Assembly (NCBI GenBank): GCA_000182565.2
Contig: KQ257451.1
DNA from: Spizellomyces punctatus DAOM BR117
Taxonomy: Eukaryota
DNA length: 64,000 bases
Direction: 5' to 3' (one strand)
Numbering within the stretch: position 1 is the first letter of the stretch; every line of letters begins with the position of its first letter. Below, one piece after another: positions 26,939 through 42,084 of this stretch. Made by a program: the position numbers and the translations under genes. A model generated the notes under the pieces. The model searched no databases and was not told where the DNA came from. It was given only the letters and a program-made list of their open reading frames with translations.

Positions 26939-29915
26939 ATGAGCCAATCTTCGTCCTGTATGAAAGTCATCTCCGCAAAATCTCCTATGGACGAGCCTGC
27001 TGAAACCAAAAAGCGTCCTCTGGATTTAGCCGCTCTTAGGGTAGGAATACTAGTTGATGATACTTGATGCGCTATTCAAGAACTGAAAAGTTGCTTAGCA
27101 AAAACAACTTCAAAAACGGCGAAAGGCCGCTTCAGAGAGTCAATCTACTGCACGCAATTCTGACCAGAAACCTCAACAGCGCTCATCTCTGAGTGGTCGT
27201 CTGTCATCTGGGCCGTTTCTTGCACCATGTCCCCTTTTTCCTAAAATTGGTCGACCCCCACGACCACAACCGGTCGATGTAGAACAAATTCAACCTCCTT
27301 GCAATCTTCTACCGGCTTCTGCTTTGACCTCAACCACGAAGGCAAACGCTAGTTTAAATCCTTTCGCTGCCTCAATCGAAGAAGAAGGGGAATTAAGAGT
27401 AAAGAAGAAGAATCCTTTTAGCGTGATCGATAACATCTGCGAATCGCGTATTTTGTTGCCAAACGATGAAGACTCCGCGAGCATAGCCGGAGATGGCTTT
27501 GAGCTCCTGGACGGAGGTATGGGTGAGCATGTGAGCCAAGCTCTCCAGACTCAGCTCGGAAAAGTCTCCAAACTTGCACCGGTACGTGATGAACCCAACA
27601 GGTCGAAGGTTATTTGATGTCCTCATTCAATTTCGCGGTGATCCAGTCGCTTTCCCGTTCTTTCTCCTGTCCAGCAGGACTCGCAACACCACATATCTCG
27701 CTTTCGAAAAAGTCTCGGGGATCGCTGACTGATTTTCTGGAAGCATCCAGTCATTATAAGGACGATAGTGACGCTAGCGTGACATCCGAAGACGAGGAGG
27801 CAGCATCGCATGGCTATATGTCTGATGTAGAACAGGATTGCGAGTTGCAGGGGTTATGTAAGGAGACAGAGCTCACACCAGCATCTTGTGCCACCGATGA
27901 GCACGACGCTCAGCGGGAACTGAGAATTAATGGAGACGATGTGAAACCAAACGACCAGGAGGTCGGTGCTGGAAACAGCACCGGATTTTTGGACCTCATT
28001 ATTGGGAAACGACTGGTAATGTTTGGCTACGTGCTCGCCAAAGCCAAGCATATACTTAACACCTGATTGTAGGAAAGGGGAGGAATTACCGAACAAGAAA
28101 TCTTGGCTATTGCGGAGTTGACTAAAGTGCGAAAAAGTAAGGCTGTTTTTCGATTTAACCGTCGAATACCTGAGATAGCATCTTAAATACCTGTGAATCT
28201 CTGACCAGCTGACAAGAAGACGTCTCCGGCGCCCGAACCTCCGGTAAGTAAGGGTCTATGCGAGGGAGCATCTTTGATATATCGACTCACTGAGTATATT
28301 AGAAATGTTCCAGCGATATCAGGGGCACAGAGAGTGTGGAACGTGTCGCAGTACGTCGTGTATTTACAATTGCTGACAACCCATGTGCTCGTGAGAGACG
28401 CTAAAACGTTACCTGTACAGAATTCCAATGAGTTACCGATGGATTGGACCATTAAAACTGGCATGACGATATTGTCCCGAAAACCCTTTGCATGCGCTTC
28501 CGAAGGAACTTCTGACGAACAATCCGGTTACTTGCTACATTTCGTCCAACATCGTGCTGAAGACCCAAAAGACTTGCCAAAAAATGTGAGTGCCCTCGTC
28601 ATTTGACGGCCTATCTAGGGAAATTCTTGTTTAATGCTGGTCAACCTTCTGACAGCAAACCTTTGGTTGCTCAATATACCCTTACCTCTATCATTGGACT
28701 TATCCGCCGGATAAACTTGCGCCGTCAAATGTTGCCTTAATGGCAAAGGTACTTGCCAAGGAAGAAGATGAAGCTGGAATGAAAGACTACGAACGGCTTG
28801 AGTTAGCTCATTTTAGAAGATGTGAAGAAGCATGGTGAGATCATACTTCAGCCACCAGGCGCCTCTCCAGCAGAACTAATCCGTACGTTACTACCAGGAA
28901 AGAGGCCTTCCAGTCTGTTTATGCAATGACACGAAACGGTCACGCCGAGTATTTTTTTTACATCAACTCGCAGTTCTCCGTTGTGCTGTTTTCGGGCGAC
29001 AAAGATTCAAGTAAGGAATGCGATGCATTCATGTCGACGTCGACAGCCGGTATACGCAAATGTCTAGACGCTGAAGGTAACGGAATCAGCTGGCAAATAT
29101 CCCGACCCTTAAAGCAGGTGCTCATCTTTTGAAAAAGGCATCCAATACCACCTGGTATTTGGTGATCGAGGACGGGTATTCCGTCGACAAGATCGGTCTG
29201 AAGTTGACGGAGCACCGCTTTTCAGCAAAAAACCTGGGAATGACGACGGCTCCAAAACATCGGATGGAGGGGAATCGAGGTGCGTTGATGCTATAATTGT
29301 ACCGTCTCATGGGCTTCAGTCGTTCTAATGCAGAATACCAAGTGGTCAACTGGACCGCAGCAAAGAGAAGCATCCACTGCGCTTTAATGGTTACGCGAAT
29401 GTCCACCGCCTGTTTAACTTTCTGCTAAACTGGAAGGAACCACAAACAGAAAGACGTGCGATGCAGTTACCAACGCTACTGTGCGCAACGCCGTTTATGA
29501 ACGCGTCACTAAAGACGGCAAAGGTCTGTGAATTAAATCCGAAGTTCTGCAAGAAAGATGCCACATCTTGCAGCTAACTATAGTCGAATGTTTACCACAG
29601 ATATTGAAAAATGAGAAAGTTCGCTATAATGATGTGGAAGATCCCGTTGGCGGGAAGATGATTGAGACGATGCACAAGCTTCAAATCTCTGGTTTTATTT
29701 TACCGACCAGTGCATACGACATGCTGACGCTGTTAAGAGCGCAGCAGGTGATCAAAGATCCGAGTGGTGGTCTCCTGATGGTGACCGTCAAGACTGAAGA
29801 GCGAACAGTCGGGTTGAACGCTGGGCTCGCCGACAAGGCGGAGACCGGGAAGACTCGACAAGTGGCCACTGTTAATACGATTGCATGCAGAGGGAACGTT
29901 TTGCGATGGAAGTAA
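26939..29915 (+). CDS. DONSON: DONSON (downstream neighbour of SON), replisome/CMG assembly factor
   Basis: LPMDWTIKTGMTILSRKPF; W..AFQSVY...YFFYINSQFSVVLF; STSTAGIRKCLDAEGIQY; LPTLLCATPFMNASL. Confidence 0.8.
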
Positions 29916-30046
29916 CCTGATAATGAATGTCTCAAAGAGGGATAACATTTCGAGACAATGTATATATGAAAGGGATGGTATAGACGTTATAGACGTTCAT
30001 GCAAGTATTATGTATTTAAAAAATTGTATCCTACACATTTGGAAAC

Positions 30047-31225
30047 TCAACCGAAGAGCTTTGATAAGACTGCTGCCTTCTTTATGGACGAACCAGCGGT
30101 AGTCGCCTTCGCATCAGAGTCCACGACCTTCCGTTGTTTGAAACGCCTGCGAATGGCCGTTGTCTCATCAGCGTTCAGGGTCGACGCAGCCGCGTCATCC
30201 TTTCCGATCTCAGCTCCCGCCTTTCGCTTCTTTTGTCTATTTCTCTCTTCTATAGCTTCAACCATTTTCGCTTTCCCTACATTCTTGACATACGCTTTGT
30301 TTTCCCTCTTTGCCTGAGCCATCTCAGTCTTCAGTCTCTGTTCCCTCACTTTCAACTCATAAGCAATTTGCTCGGTCAAGTGGTTCCACTTGAATCGTGG
30401 CAGATACTTCATGTTCCAAATGTCATCGTAGTAAAAGCTTCGCTTTTTGCCCCCGATTTGCTTTCCATTCAGATGCGTTGCAACTTGTCGTGCAACCTTT
30501 TTGTCCAGAAACTCCACCCACCCTTCCGTATAGTTCTGTCGTTTGTTATGCCTATACTTTTTTCGTCGGGCTGCGATGCGTGGGTCTTCAGGCGCTAGGT
30601 AGATACGACCGATCGCGCCGAAACGGGCTAGGAGTTGACGGAGTTTAATGGGACGCATGAAAGGTGGGACACGAGAGAGGTAAATGACGCCTGTTGCATC
30701 TACTTTGGATTGGAATTTTGCGAGGGATTTGGCAGTTAGAGGTTTTGCGGAGGAGAGTGGCGGGAGAGCCAGTTCTTGGGGATTTGTTATTGTACTATTG
30801 TCAGGATCAAGAAGGGTAGCGAGGTCTTGTTTTTCCGAACTGTTATCGTCATGGTCATCTTCGGATGCAGAATTGCCTTCTACCTCATCGTCGCTACCCC
30901 CTGAGCTACTCTCTCGACCATCACTATCCTGGGTCTCGTCGCTTGGCAAAACAAATCGGGAGTCAAGCAGATCCTTCCGCTTTGGTGTGGTGCCTTGTCC
31001 CTTCCTTGAGACTGATCGCAAGTAAGCCCCTTCCGCTTCCTCCTCATCGCTCTCTTCCTCAGAGTTTATCGAACCATCTGACTCGCTAGTGTGATCACTT
31101 TCAGACACTTCCAAATCTCCTGGAATTTCGTCCTCTTGAACTTCCAGGTTAATGTCCTTCTTAAGACCCTCTTGTTGTCGCTCTCCCAGCGCCGTCCGTA
31201 TATTGCCCTTTTTCTTTTGTGGCAT
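30047..31225 (-). CDS. ESF2: Pre-rRNA processing protein Esf2/ABT1, intronless
   Basis: TGVIYLSRVPPFMRPIKLRQLL..FGAIGRIYLAPED; EGWVEF; DIWNMKYLPRFKWNHLTEQIA. Confidence 0.95.
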   Translation of the reverse strand: MPQKKKGNIRTALGERQQEGLKKDINLEVQEDEIPGDLEVSESDHTSESDGSINSEEESDEEEAEGAYLRSVSRKGQGTTPKRKDLLDSRFVLPSDETQDSDGRESSSGGSDDEVEGNSASEDDHDDNSSEKQDLATLLDPDNSTITNPQELALPPLSSAKPLTAKSLAKFQSKVDATGVIYLSRVPPFMRPIKLRQLLARFGAIGRIYLAPEDPRIAARRKKYRHNKRQNYTEGWVEFLDKKVARQVATHLNGKQIGGKKRSFYYDDIWNMKYLPRFKWNHLTEQIAYELKVREQRLKTEMAQAKRENKAYVKNVGKAKMVEAIEERNRQKKRKAGAEIGKDDAAASTLNADETTAIRRRFKQRKVVDSDAKATTAGSSIKKAAVLSKLFG

Positions 31226-31292
31226 TCCTAATACTGAGATTGGATACTTCATTGACTTCAAAAACTGGGAACAAAAAAAAATATTGAGCTGC

Positions 31293-31332
31293 TGAGTCAT
31301 CAGCTGAGTCACAGATGCATGTCATGACGTGA
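31293..31332. promoter_or_regulatory. Tandem AP-1/Gcn4-type TGAGTCA sites plus a CRE-like TGACGTGA in the ESF2/USP divergent promoter
   Basis: TGAGTCA at 31293-99 and 31305-11; TGACGTGA at 31325-32. Confidence 0.45.
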
Positions 31333-31395
31333 TGACTTGTTCGCCCCAAAGTCCCGCTACGGGCTTCAAAACAATTCGCAAGACTTCATTTTGCA

Positions 31396-32208
31396 ATGAT
31401 AGACACCGACGAGGATCACCCATTGCCAGATGGGATTGCTACGATAATGGCCTGTCCAAGAGCCTCCGACCTGACGCCGGAGGCTGGAGAGGGCATAACA
31501 ACGCTCGTAGCTCTGGACGGTTCCTCAAACTCTGAAGCAGCATTTGACTGGGCTGCTAAAAACATAGTTACATCGGGGGATACATTAATCTTGCTGAAAG
31601 TGCTTGAAGAATCGCAGATTGCAGATCAGTACTATGGTAGGTGAAGAGGTTGTCAGTTGTGTCGCGAGAAGTACTACTCTTCACAGTGTTGGAGTTGCTA
31701 GCGGATCAAGTAAACGGAACAGATATTCTTGAGGAAACACTCAAGAAGACGGTAATTAAGGATCTATGGACACACAGAGCCATGCCTAATTTAAAGCAAG
31801 AGCAGGCTTCAGAGTTACTTCACAAATATGCAACAAGGTTGACTCAAGCTTCCCCCCATCTGACAGATGTGGAAGTCACTGCGAAAGTGAAAATTGGAGC
31901 GCCACAGATCGTGGCGTGTGAGGTGGTGAGTAGCTGCGGATCGTCATCGCTGCTACAGTTGTAAGGAGGAAGTTTAAGGGACTTCTTCCATTGTTTGCAA
32001 TAGGCAGATGATCTGAACGTCTCACGGCTGGTCATGGGCAGTCGGGGCCTGGGGATGATCAAGAGGTTCGCACAGCTGCCATTCTTTCCCTTGGTTCCGT
32101 AACGTAACACATTGTTTACTAGAATGCTTTTTGGGAGTGTTTCTGCGTACTGCATGGATCATTCTCATGTGCCTGTTACCGTTGTGCGAGTTGAAGACGG
32201 TCAATTGA
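31396..32208 (+). CDS. Universal stress protein (USP/UspA) domain protein
   Basis: LVALDGSSNSEAAFDWA; LVMGSRGLGMIKR/MLFGSVSAYCMDHSHVPVTVVR. Confidence 0.9.
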
Positions 32209-32539
32209 ATATCCATGAGGGTGGTAACAAAGCTAATTAGTTTATCCATGGCTGACTGGCGGCGCACATTTAAAATACGCTTTCGCTACGCCTCTGTAAA
32301 CTTGCAAATTCCTGTTCTGTCTTCAGTGGCTCACGGCAAAGGATATAGGCCATCGAGTGGTGATGGCAATTGAATAAGCCGTTTCGCGGTTTGCCAGTCC
32401 AGATAACGCACGGTAAGTGACCCACAAACGGCCAGGATGTAAATACACTACAGTAATGTCCCAGGCGGCGCCAAATGTCATATTGTATGTTTCTTCTCCT
32501 TAACATTGCACATGTACTTGGGCAACCTTGCGGAATTTG

Positions 32540-35088
32540 CTATCCGCGCTCTTCTCGCGCTGTGGTGCCGCCACGTGTGTCAATGGGTGTCGAGGTAGCA
32601 ATGAACGATTTGCGAAAGCGAGTTGGCTTTTTATCTCCGTCGCTGGGTAGAAGGTTTTCTTTCGAGTCCTCTTCTCCAGGTTTATAACTTCGTGCTTCAC
32701 GCTCGCCCTGGAGCGTAATTCTGACACTTCGATTCAGACTGGACATACTCGTTTGCTTCTTTAAGGCGGATTTGATTGATGAATGCGAGGATGCTGTCGT
32801 GATCCGACTGGCGGGAGTCTCCGTGGGCGGACTAACGTCCACCTCTTTGAAGCTTGCGTGCATGTTCGCATGTGGGCGCGGAGTTTGCGCGAATGTGTCT
32901 GACTCAATAATAAACTCGTTGGAATCCACCTCCTCCCCATGTACTTCAGCCCTGGTTGGTTTAACACTGCTGTAACTCATATGAAAGGGGGTGACTGGAG
33001 GCTGGGGAGACTTTGCTCCGGCAAAAGCCCTCTGTGCTCGGTTTTGTAGTGGAGATGTGGCGGTGGGTATCATCCGTGACTTCAACCACCTGTAAGGCGT
33101 GTGCGTAAGCTCCATGATTTTCCTTGATTTATGATTGAGAGTCGTACTAACCCTGGAGTGTCGGGGAGTGATTTTAGAAGTTTTTGTGTCGCAAGTGATC
33201 GCCGCTCCTCTTCGAAGGCCATCTTCTCTCTCTTGTTTTGGACACCAGTGAAATCAGATCAACATCACCGATTCAAACGCACTGGTGTTCGCCAACCTGT
33301 AATGCAGCCCGTTCTATGCCGAGCTTAATCGCCGCCTCCGTGAACTTGCCCCGCTCTTCCTCCAATTGCTGACATTTCTGTTCTAGCTCGTCTCGTTGCT
33401 CCTGCAAATCCATCAGCGACGTCTCCAAGCTGAATGACGAATTCTGATGCTTAGAATTGGCCCGCTCATGAACGTCATTGGGCATACGTACTGTGCTGAT
33501 AGCCCTTCATTCGATTTTGCATCCTGTTCATTCAGCGAGAGCTCCAATAAACGGTTTTGTTCAGCGATTATTCGCCTGTATTCGTCTACGCATTGTGGTT
33601 AAACTGGTGTAGCTTTTTCAGACGGCCTTCGAACTAAATCGTAACTTACCGCATTCTTTCTCTATAGCTTCCACCTTCTCATACAGTTGCTGTAGCTCAT
33701 CCGCCTGGTGTTGAGAAGCTATTGTTTCGCTTAGGCGGGCCCACTCGTCGTGCAGTTTCATAATGGCTTCTTTAACTCTCTCCTCTACAGAGTGGCAGAC
33801 GAGACTATATGGTAGCTGAAACTGTGCTTTCTCGGTAGGATCGGAAACCTGTGCAATGTGCCATGTTATTGGCGCCTGTTGTGCATTCAATTCGCGCTCC
33901 ACTCACCTCCAGCGGTCCTTCATGACCGCACTCTATCCCATTGGATCCGTCCTCCTCGTGTGTTATCTGGTTTTTGAACTGAGTTTTCAGCTCCGAATAA
34001 AGCGCGTACAAAGTGTTGCGTAATGTTTGATTCTCAATCAGAAGGTCCTTTTCGCGATCTTCGTAGTTCTTTATTACTATATTGTACATTTCGTCTTCCT
34101 GTGTGAATCATCAACATAAAAGCGTGGGTTTGATGGTCGATCTCGCTGCCGAAATCCGTACGGTACCTTCTTGCTTTGTCCCCCGCCACCAGCGTTTGTT
34201 TTGGGTTTCGGTAATGGATTGGCCAGCTTTATCGCAACCTTTTGAGCCGCAGATTTCTCCGTGACTATTCGCTGCATTCTGTCTTTCAATCTATGGTGCT
34301 CACGTTCTCGTTTCCGGAGGTCATGCTATAGAACTCCAATGTGAGCCTGTGGCCACTATATCAATGACAGCCGAAAGCATACATTGTATTGTGTCTTGCT
34401 GTATTGCAAATTTGCCTTAGTGGTCTTCAGCTCTTCTTTGGCTGCATGATGCTTTTCTACCTCTTTCTTGAGGGAGTTCTGGGCGGCACTGAGAAGCTCT
34501 TAGGAAAATAGACACTACTAATATTCAGTAAGCGCCATACTCGAGTTTATTATTCAAGGTAGCAATTTCGCGATCGCATTGTTCCAGCCTTGCCTTCATC
34601 CTCGCCTAAGCAGATATAGTATTTGAGGAGCCATTGTCAAGGCTTGATGCTAGCAGCTACACACTTACAACTGTGCCTGCTAATTCGTCATTATCACCTG
34701 CAGTTCGACGTAATCTATGCTGTAGATCTTCTCGATATGCTACATCTTTCTTTTCACCGAAGGCGCGATAAGCAAGAGCAACAGTACTAAAGCTTTCATG
34801 TCAAACGAATAATACCTGCCGTTGTTGTAGCAGAGTGCAAATACAGTTTAAAACAGTAGCTGCATCATCCACGTTGCCTCCGAACCCTGCAAAGTCGAGT
34901 GCCACAGGAAAGCCAGCAGCGGCAAGTTCGTGATTTACAAAGTCAACACTTTTTTGCAGATTGCTCAAAGACCGTGTTTCAGAGCTAGATCAGCAGATGC
35001 CCCAAAAATTTAGATGTCAGGCTCAATATTGGGTTCCTGGGGTTGCCTCTTACCTATTGCCGCCCTCAAGATCTTGTATTTCTGCCAT
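32540..35088 (-). CDS. SSX2IP/ADIP (Msd1-like) afadin/alpha-actinin-binding domain centrosomal protein
   Basis: Spliced exons read SVDFVNHELAAAGFP...VLNCICTLLQQRQ...HDLRKREREHHRLKDRM; C-terminal FTEAAIKLGIERAAL. Confidence 0.75.
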
Positions 35089-35301
35089 GCTCCCCCCACG
35101 CTGCCAATCAAGGAATGCCAACGTCGGCAAGATCGACCGTCAACTCGTCTGGACAAGTCGGACATGGACGCGTCTGTGGCAAATCCACCAATGAATTGAC
35201 CTTCACGTGAATCCTGCGCCTCTTTGCATGCCTTGGATTCCTCGTCGACAGCAATATTTTTGAAAGCTGGTTTACTGGGTCGAATACAGTGTTCAACAAA
35301 C

Positions 35302-37304
35302 ATGACCGTTGACGAAGGCGGCCAACGCTTTGTGCTGCCCACCGTAGCAGATAACCCGAATGGGTGGGGCCCGTCGACCATTCCAGAGGAACTCTCACAG
35401 GTTCCGTATGCACCATACTCAAAATCCGATCGTCTGGGAAAGATTGCAGACTGGACCGCACCAGCTGGCAGTGACGGATATGGATACGACAGACGCTTTG
35501 GGGGAGATGGCGACCGCAGACGTCGCTTTGGTCCTGCGCAAGAATCCTTTGGAAGCGGTCTTTCGTCCATGTTTGCATACACGGTGGCCGCCGACGACGA
35601 AGCCACTTTCTCAGTCGTGGACCGTCAGAGCACTACCCAGAAAAAGCCAGGGTTCAAAACTCAACGGGGCGCGAGAGCAGGTGGACGAGGCGGTGGTGCG
35701 TGGCAATCTAGGACTGGCAGTCAGGCTGGTGGTGCCAGGAGGGATGACAGACGAGGCCAGCAGGGACCCCGGAGGCGTTATGGTGGCTATAATGATAAGC
35801 CAACCAGGATCAGGGATGCGAGTGTCCAAGTCGGTCCGGAGTGGAAGGTTATTGAAGAACTAGATTTTCCGCGAATGAACAAACTGTACTACGAAGTGGA
35901 AGAACCTGAGGACCTGTAAGTATTCTTCACAATGCTCGTGAGCTACGGTCACTGGGAGTAGATGGGATGTCATTATCTTCTTTGGCTTGACCTATAATGG
36001 AAGATCCAAACTGTATTCACACTGTCTGATTTCTACTTGCTGGTCACGGTGGGACGGCCGTTAATATCGTATGATATTTGCATTGACTTTTGTTAATCTC
36101 TCTTCAGATCGGGTCACGGTGTTTTCAACTACTACGATAAAACATTTGATCGCATCAATACCAAGCAGGAAAAACCTTTGCAGCAGATTGATCGCAACTT
36201 CCTCAACGTAACCGCCAGCGATGACCCGGTTCTTGTCAGTCATGCGAAGAGGGCATCAGAAGGGGTCACTGTTTACTCCACGGACAACGTCTTAGCTACA
36301 TTGATGTGTGCTACCCGCGCTGTGTATTCGTGGGATATCATCGTCAATAAGCAGGACAACAAGCTGTTCTTTGACAAGCGTGACGGTGGAGCTTTCGATT
36401 TTGTGAGTGTGAATGAAAATGCAGCTGACCCGCCGATGGATGGAGCCGACAAGGACAATATCAACACACCTCAAGCGCTGGCCATGGAGGCGACGTACAT
36501 CAACCGCAATTTCTCTCAGCAAGCGCTTAGAGACAACGAAAAGGTTGTAATGCCACAGCGTAACCCGTTCGACGAGAACAGCCAATCTGAACCAACCCCA
36601 TCCCTTGCTTACCGATACCGACAATGGAGTCTTGGGGACGGCATCAGCCTTGTCGCTCGTACCCAAATCGATGCCGCCCTGCATCAACCTGGCGCCAATT
36701 CCCAACAGCCCACCGGTGTCCTGAAGCCCAAGAGCTCAGCGCACCCACCCACTGACACTTACTTCGTGAACGTGAAGGCATTGAACGAGTTCGACTCCCG
36801 CGCTCCGGGAAGCGGTGGTGCCCCTGATTGGAGGCAGAAGCTTGACTCTCAACGTGGAGCTGTAATGGCCACTGAGATCAAGAACAATGGGAACAAATTG
36901 GCACGGTGGGCTATGGAAAGCATTCTGTCTGGTGCGGATCAGCTCCGTCTTGGATTTGTGTCAAGAGTAAATCCGAAGGATCGTAACAGGCATACGATTT
37001 TGGGAACAAGCGCATTCAAGCCTCGCGATTTAACCAGTCAAATGAACTTCAACGTTGGTAATGGATGGGGTATCTTGAAAATGTTTGTGGATTTATGTGT
37101 AAATACCCTGGAAGATGGAAAATACGTTCTTGTAAAAGATCCAAACAAGGTACGTCCAAGCGTGGGAGGGTCTCTACATTACCCGCTGACCCCCTTCCTA
37201 TTTAGCCCTTGCTTCGATTGTACTCGGTTCCAGATGACACGTTTGAGGCAGAAGAAGACGTGCCTGAAAACGTTAGTGAGGCAGTGGAGGATCAGGACCA
37301 GTAG
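35302..37304 (+). CDS. EIF3D: Translation initiation factor eIF3 subunit d
   Basis: DNPNGWGP; VPYAPYSKSDRLGKIADW; YSWDIIV; DWRQKLDSQRGAVMATEIKNN; DGKYVLVKDPNK. Confidence 0.96.
35957..36037 (+). ncRNA. Intronic box C/D snoRNA, snR51/SNORD41-like (guide for LSU rRNA 2'-O-methylation)
   Basis: Lies in a 192-nt eIF3d intron; terminal stem AGTAGA(35957-62)/TCTACT(36032-37); box D CTGA 36026-29; 13-nt guide TGTATTCACACTG (36012-24) complementary to fungal 25S CAGUGUGAAUACA; box C degenerate (GGGATGT). Confidence 0.75.
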
Positions 37305-37419
37305 TGCTGCAATATCTACTTTTGCATATTTTTCAATATAAATAAAAATCCGGCACAAAATACTTATTTCAATTACGCGGGAACGATACAAGAAAATACA
37401 TATGTTGCGTCACCCAAAA

Positions 37420-39434
37420 TTAATATGGTTGATATGCTTGAACTCGTTGAGATGGGGGAGGCTGCGCGACATAACCGTAACCTGGCTGCGGAGAACCGTA
37501 ATTAGTTTGCGGTTGTTCGTATGACGAACCGTATCCGGGATGGGAATTGCCATGTTGTGGGGCGTATACTGCATTGGAGAAGGTTAGCTCTAAAGACATG
37601 CAGTAAAAGTAACGGAACATGTTCACCATTTGGATGTCGGTATTGAGCGAGATATGCATCCATAAGCTTGTGATATATGGAGCACGCCCTTGAGAATCGA
37701 TCGTTCACAGCGCTCAGCTCGTCTTTAAGCCAGTTTTGAGTCCATGTGCCGAACCTAGCATCTTCATGTGTAACTTTACCTTGTTTCGCACGGTATGTTT
37801 CTAAAAGTTTCACCAGCTTAGGCCTCATCATCAAAATATCGTGATAGAGTTGCTACAGAGGAAAACAGTTATGGTGCCCGATTATACACTATCCTGCTCT
37901 GATATCAGCATGCTAACCTGCAAATTTTCATTCTCCGAGAAATTATCTCTCTTTGGATCCAAGGTCGATAGTAGATGGTTAAAGTCTTGAATCTTCCGGG
38001 CGTTGGCCAGGACCTCAGACTCTCCATCCTTCGATGCTCGAGAAGCCTCAGCAACAGCTGCTGCTGTAGACCCTGGCCCTTCCACCTTTTCCACGTAGTT
38101 TGAAGGAAAAATCCCAATGCGACCCCGAACTTCACCTTTCCACCATTCTTGGAATGTCGTCGCATCATAAACATTGATATACTCCCCCCGCTGCAGGCGT
38201 AACTCCCCTTCTTCCGCTCCAGGAAAATCGTAGAGCGCTCGAACTTGAAACAAGACTTTCGGTCCCGTCTGAAGAACAATATTGTTAGAAGTGGGTGCAG
38301 CTGAATTATGTTATGAAACCTCACTTGGATAGGTTTAGGTTGCTGTGCTGGTTGTGACGACGGCGTCTGTGCCATTTACATAATTCGTCAAAATCCACAC
38401 ATGGTAAGCAATGATATAGGCCACCTTACTTTGGCAGATCTGTTTGCTTCTTGGGCGGACAGAGACAGGGCCAGCTAGAGGACTATGTGAATTTCTAATG
38501 CAGCGATACTCTTGCATCGAAAGCATTCCAAGCTTACCGCTAGTTGGAGCTCCTCATCCTCCTTCTCCTTACTTAACATTGCTTGAGTCTGAATAGAGGC
38601 ATCAGATTTGTTTAAAGTGCTTCGCATAGTGTCGTCGGCACATGTACCTTAACCACGTCGGGTTTATGTGGTGCCGGGAACTGGTAACCTGCCGAAATAC
38701 GATGGTTTAGGTCAAGATGCTCAATTGCAGCAGTGTGATAGTGATCATCTTCACCTTGAGATTTGAGCTGATTGTAGGTGTCGACCATGAACCTAGATAT
38801 CGGCGGCATCAGCACTTGCTCTCACTCCAAATGCGGAATCTTTGGCGGGCTACCTACCCAAGTGAAGGATCTCGCCCAAATTCCTCTGCCCATTGTTGAA
38901 TGAAGTCCAATACCCTAGTCCTAACAACTTCATGTACTGCTTTGCCTGAGACCACGCGAACCAGTGCGTCAACGAACGCTCGGGAAGAGATCTCTCGTCG
39001 GAGAGGCTTCCCGCAGTTGTGAACAAGCGAATTGGCGACAGTAAGCGCAAATAGTACAACCTGCGACAATAACCCCATGTCAGACTTTCTGAAGGAGCAG
39101 TACTGGCATTCTCCTTACATTCACATTCCTGTGCTGGACGCGCTTTGTTAAAATCTGGACTGCTTCACGGGCTGAAGCCTCAGAGCTAGATATGGCAACG
39201 ACAATTCAGCAAAGGGACACCATTTATACACTTGAAGACTTATCCATTCAAGGTCTGGTGTACTTACGTATCGGCCTTCTCACATATCTCAATGATAAGC
39301 CCCCAGTCCTCACCTGTGTTCGTTTCACTTGTAGCTTTGGCTGAGGCAGTTTATAATAGATGAGATACTGCTCGCAATCAAAACAAACCAGGTAAAGGAG
39401 CTAAGGCCTTACTGATGAGTTCCTCGAGAGACAT
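37420..39434 (-). CDS. HSE1: ESCRT-0 subunit Hse1/STAM (VHS-UIM-SH3-GAT)
   Basis: ATSETNTGEDWGLIIEICEK; NCGKPLRREISSRAF; UIM EDEELQLA/LALSL; SH3 VRALYDF...WWKGEVRGRIGIFPSNYV. Confidence 0.93.
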
Positions 39435-39609
39435 TGCAATATAAAGGTTGGCAAGTTTGGCCAGATGATTGTTGAAATTACCTATTCTTGGGTCAGTAGG
39501 CGTCGGGGCTTCGCAGCATGTCACACAAGATCGCGTGATCCGTGACTCATTCAGCTCGAAAAGGTCGATCCTTTGCAACATACCATGAGTGCTGCCGAGG
39601 GATCTTCAA

Positions 39610-41949
<2,340 letters not shown>

Positions 41950-42084
41950 TGTAACATTGCTACGCACAACTCTGGATATGCTCTTTTAGAGCCTGCTAGC
42001 CGAGCAATAATCGGAATTGTGGACTAATTATACGTTCTTCCCACATCACAATTATCATCGAAATTTGAACAATGTTTCCACTAC

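Noticed and set aside
35010..35863. Long overlapping ORFs (198, 156 and 167 aa)
   Set aside because: Shadow frames of GC-rich eIF3d exon 1
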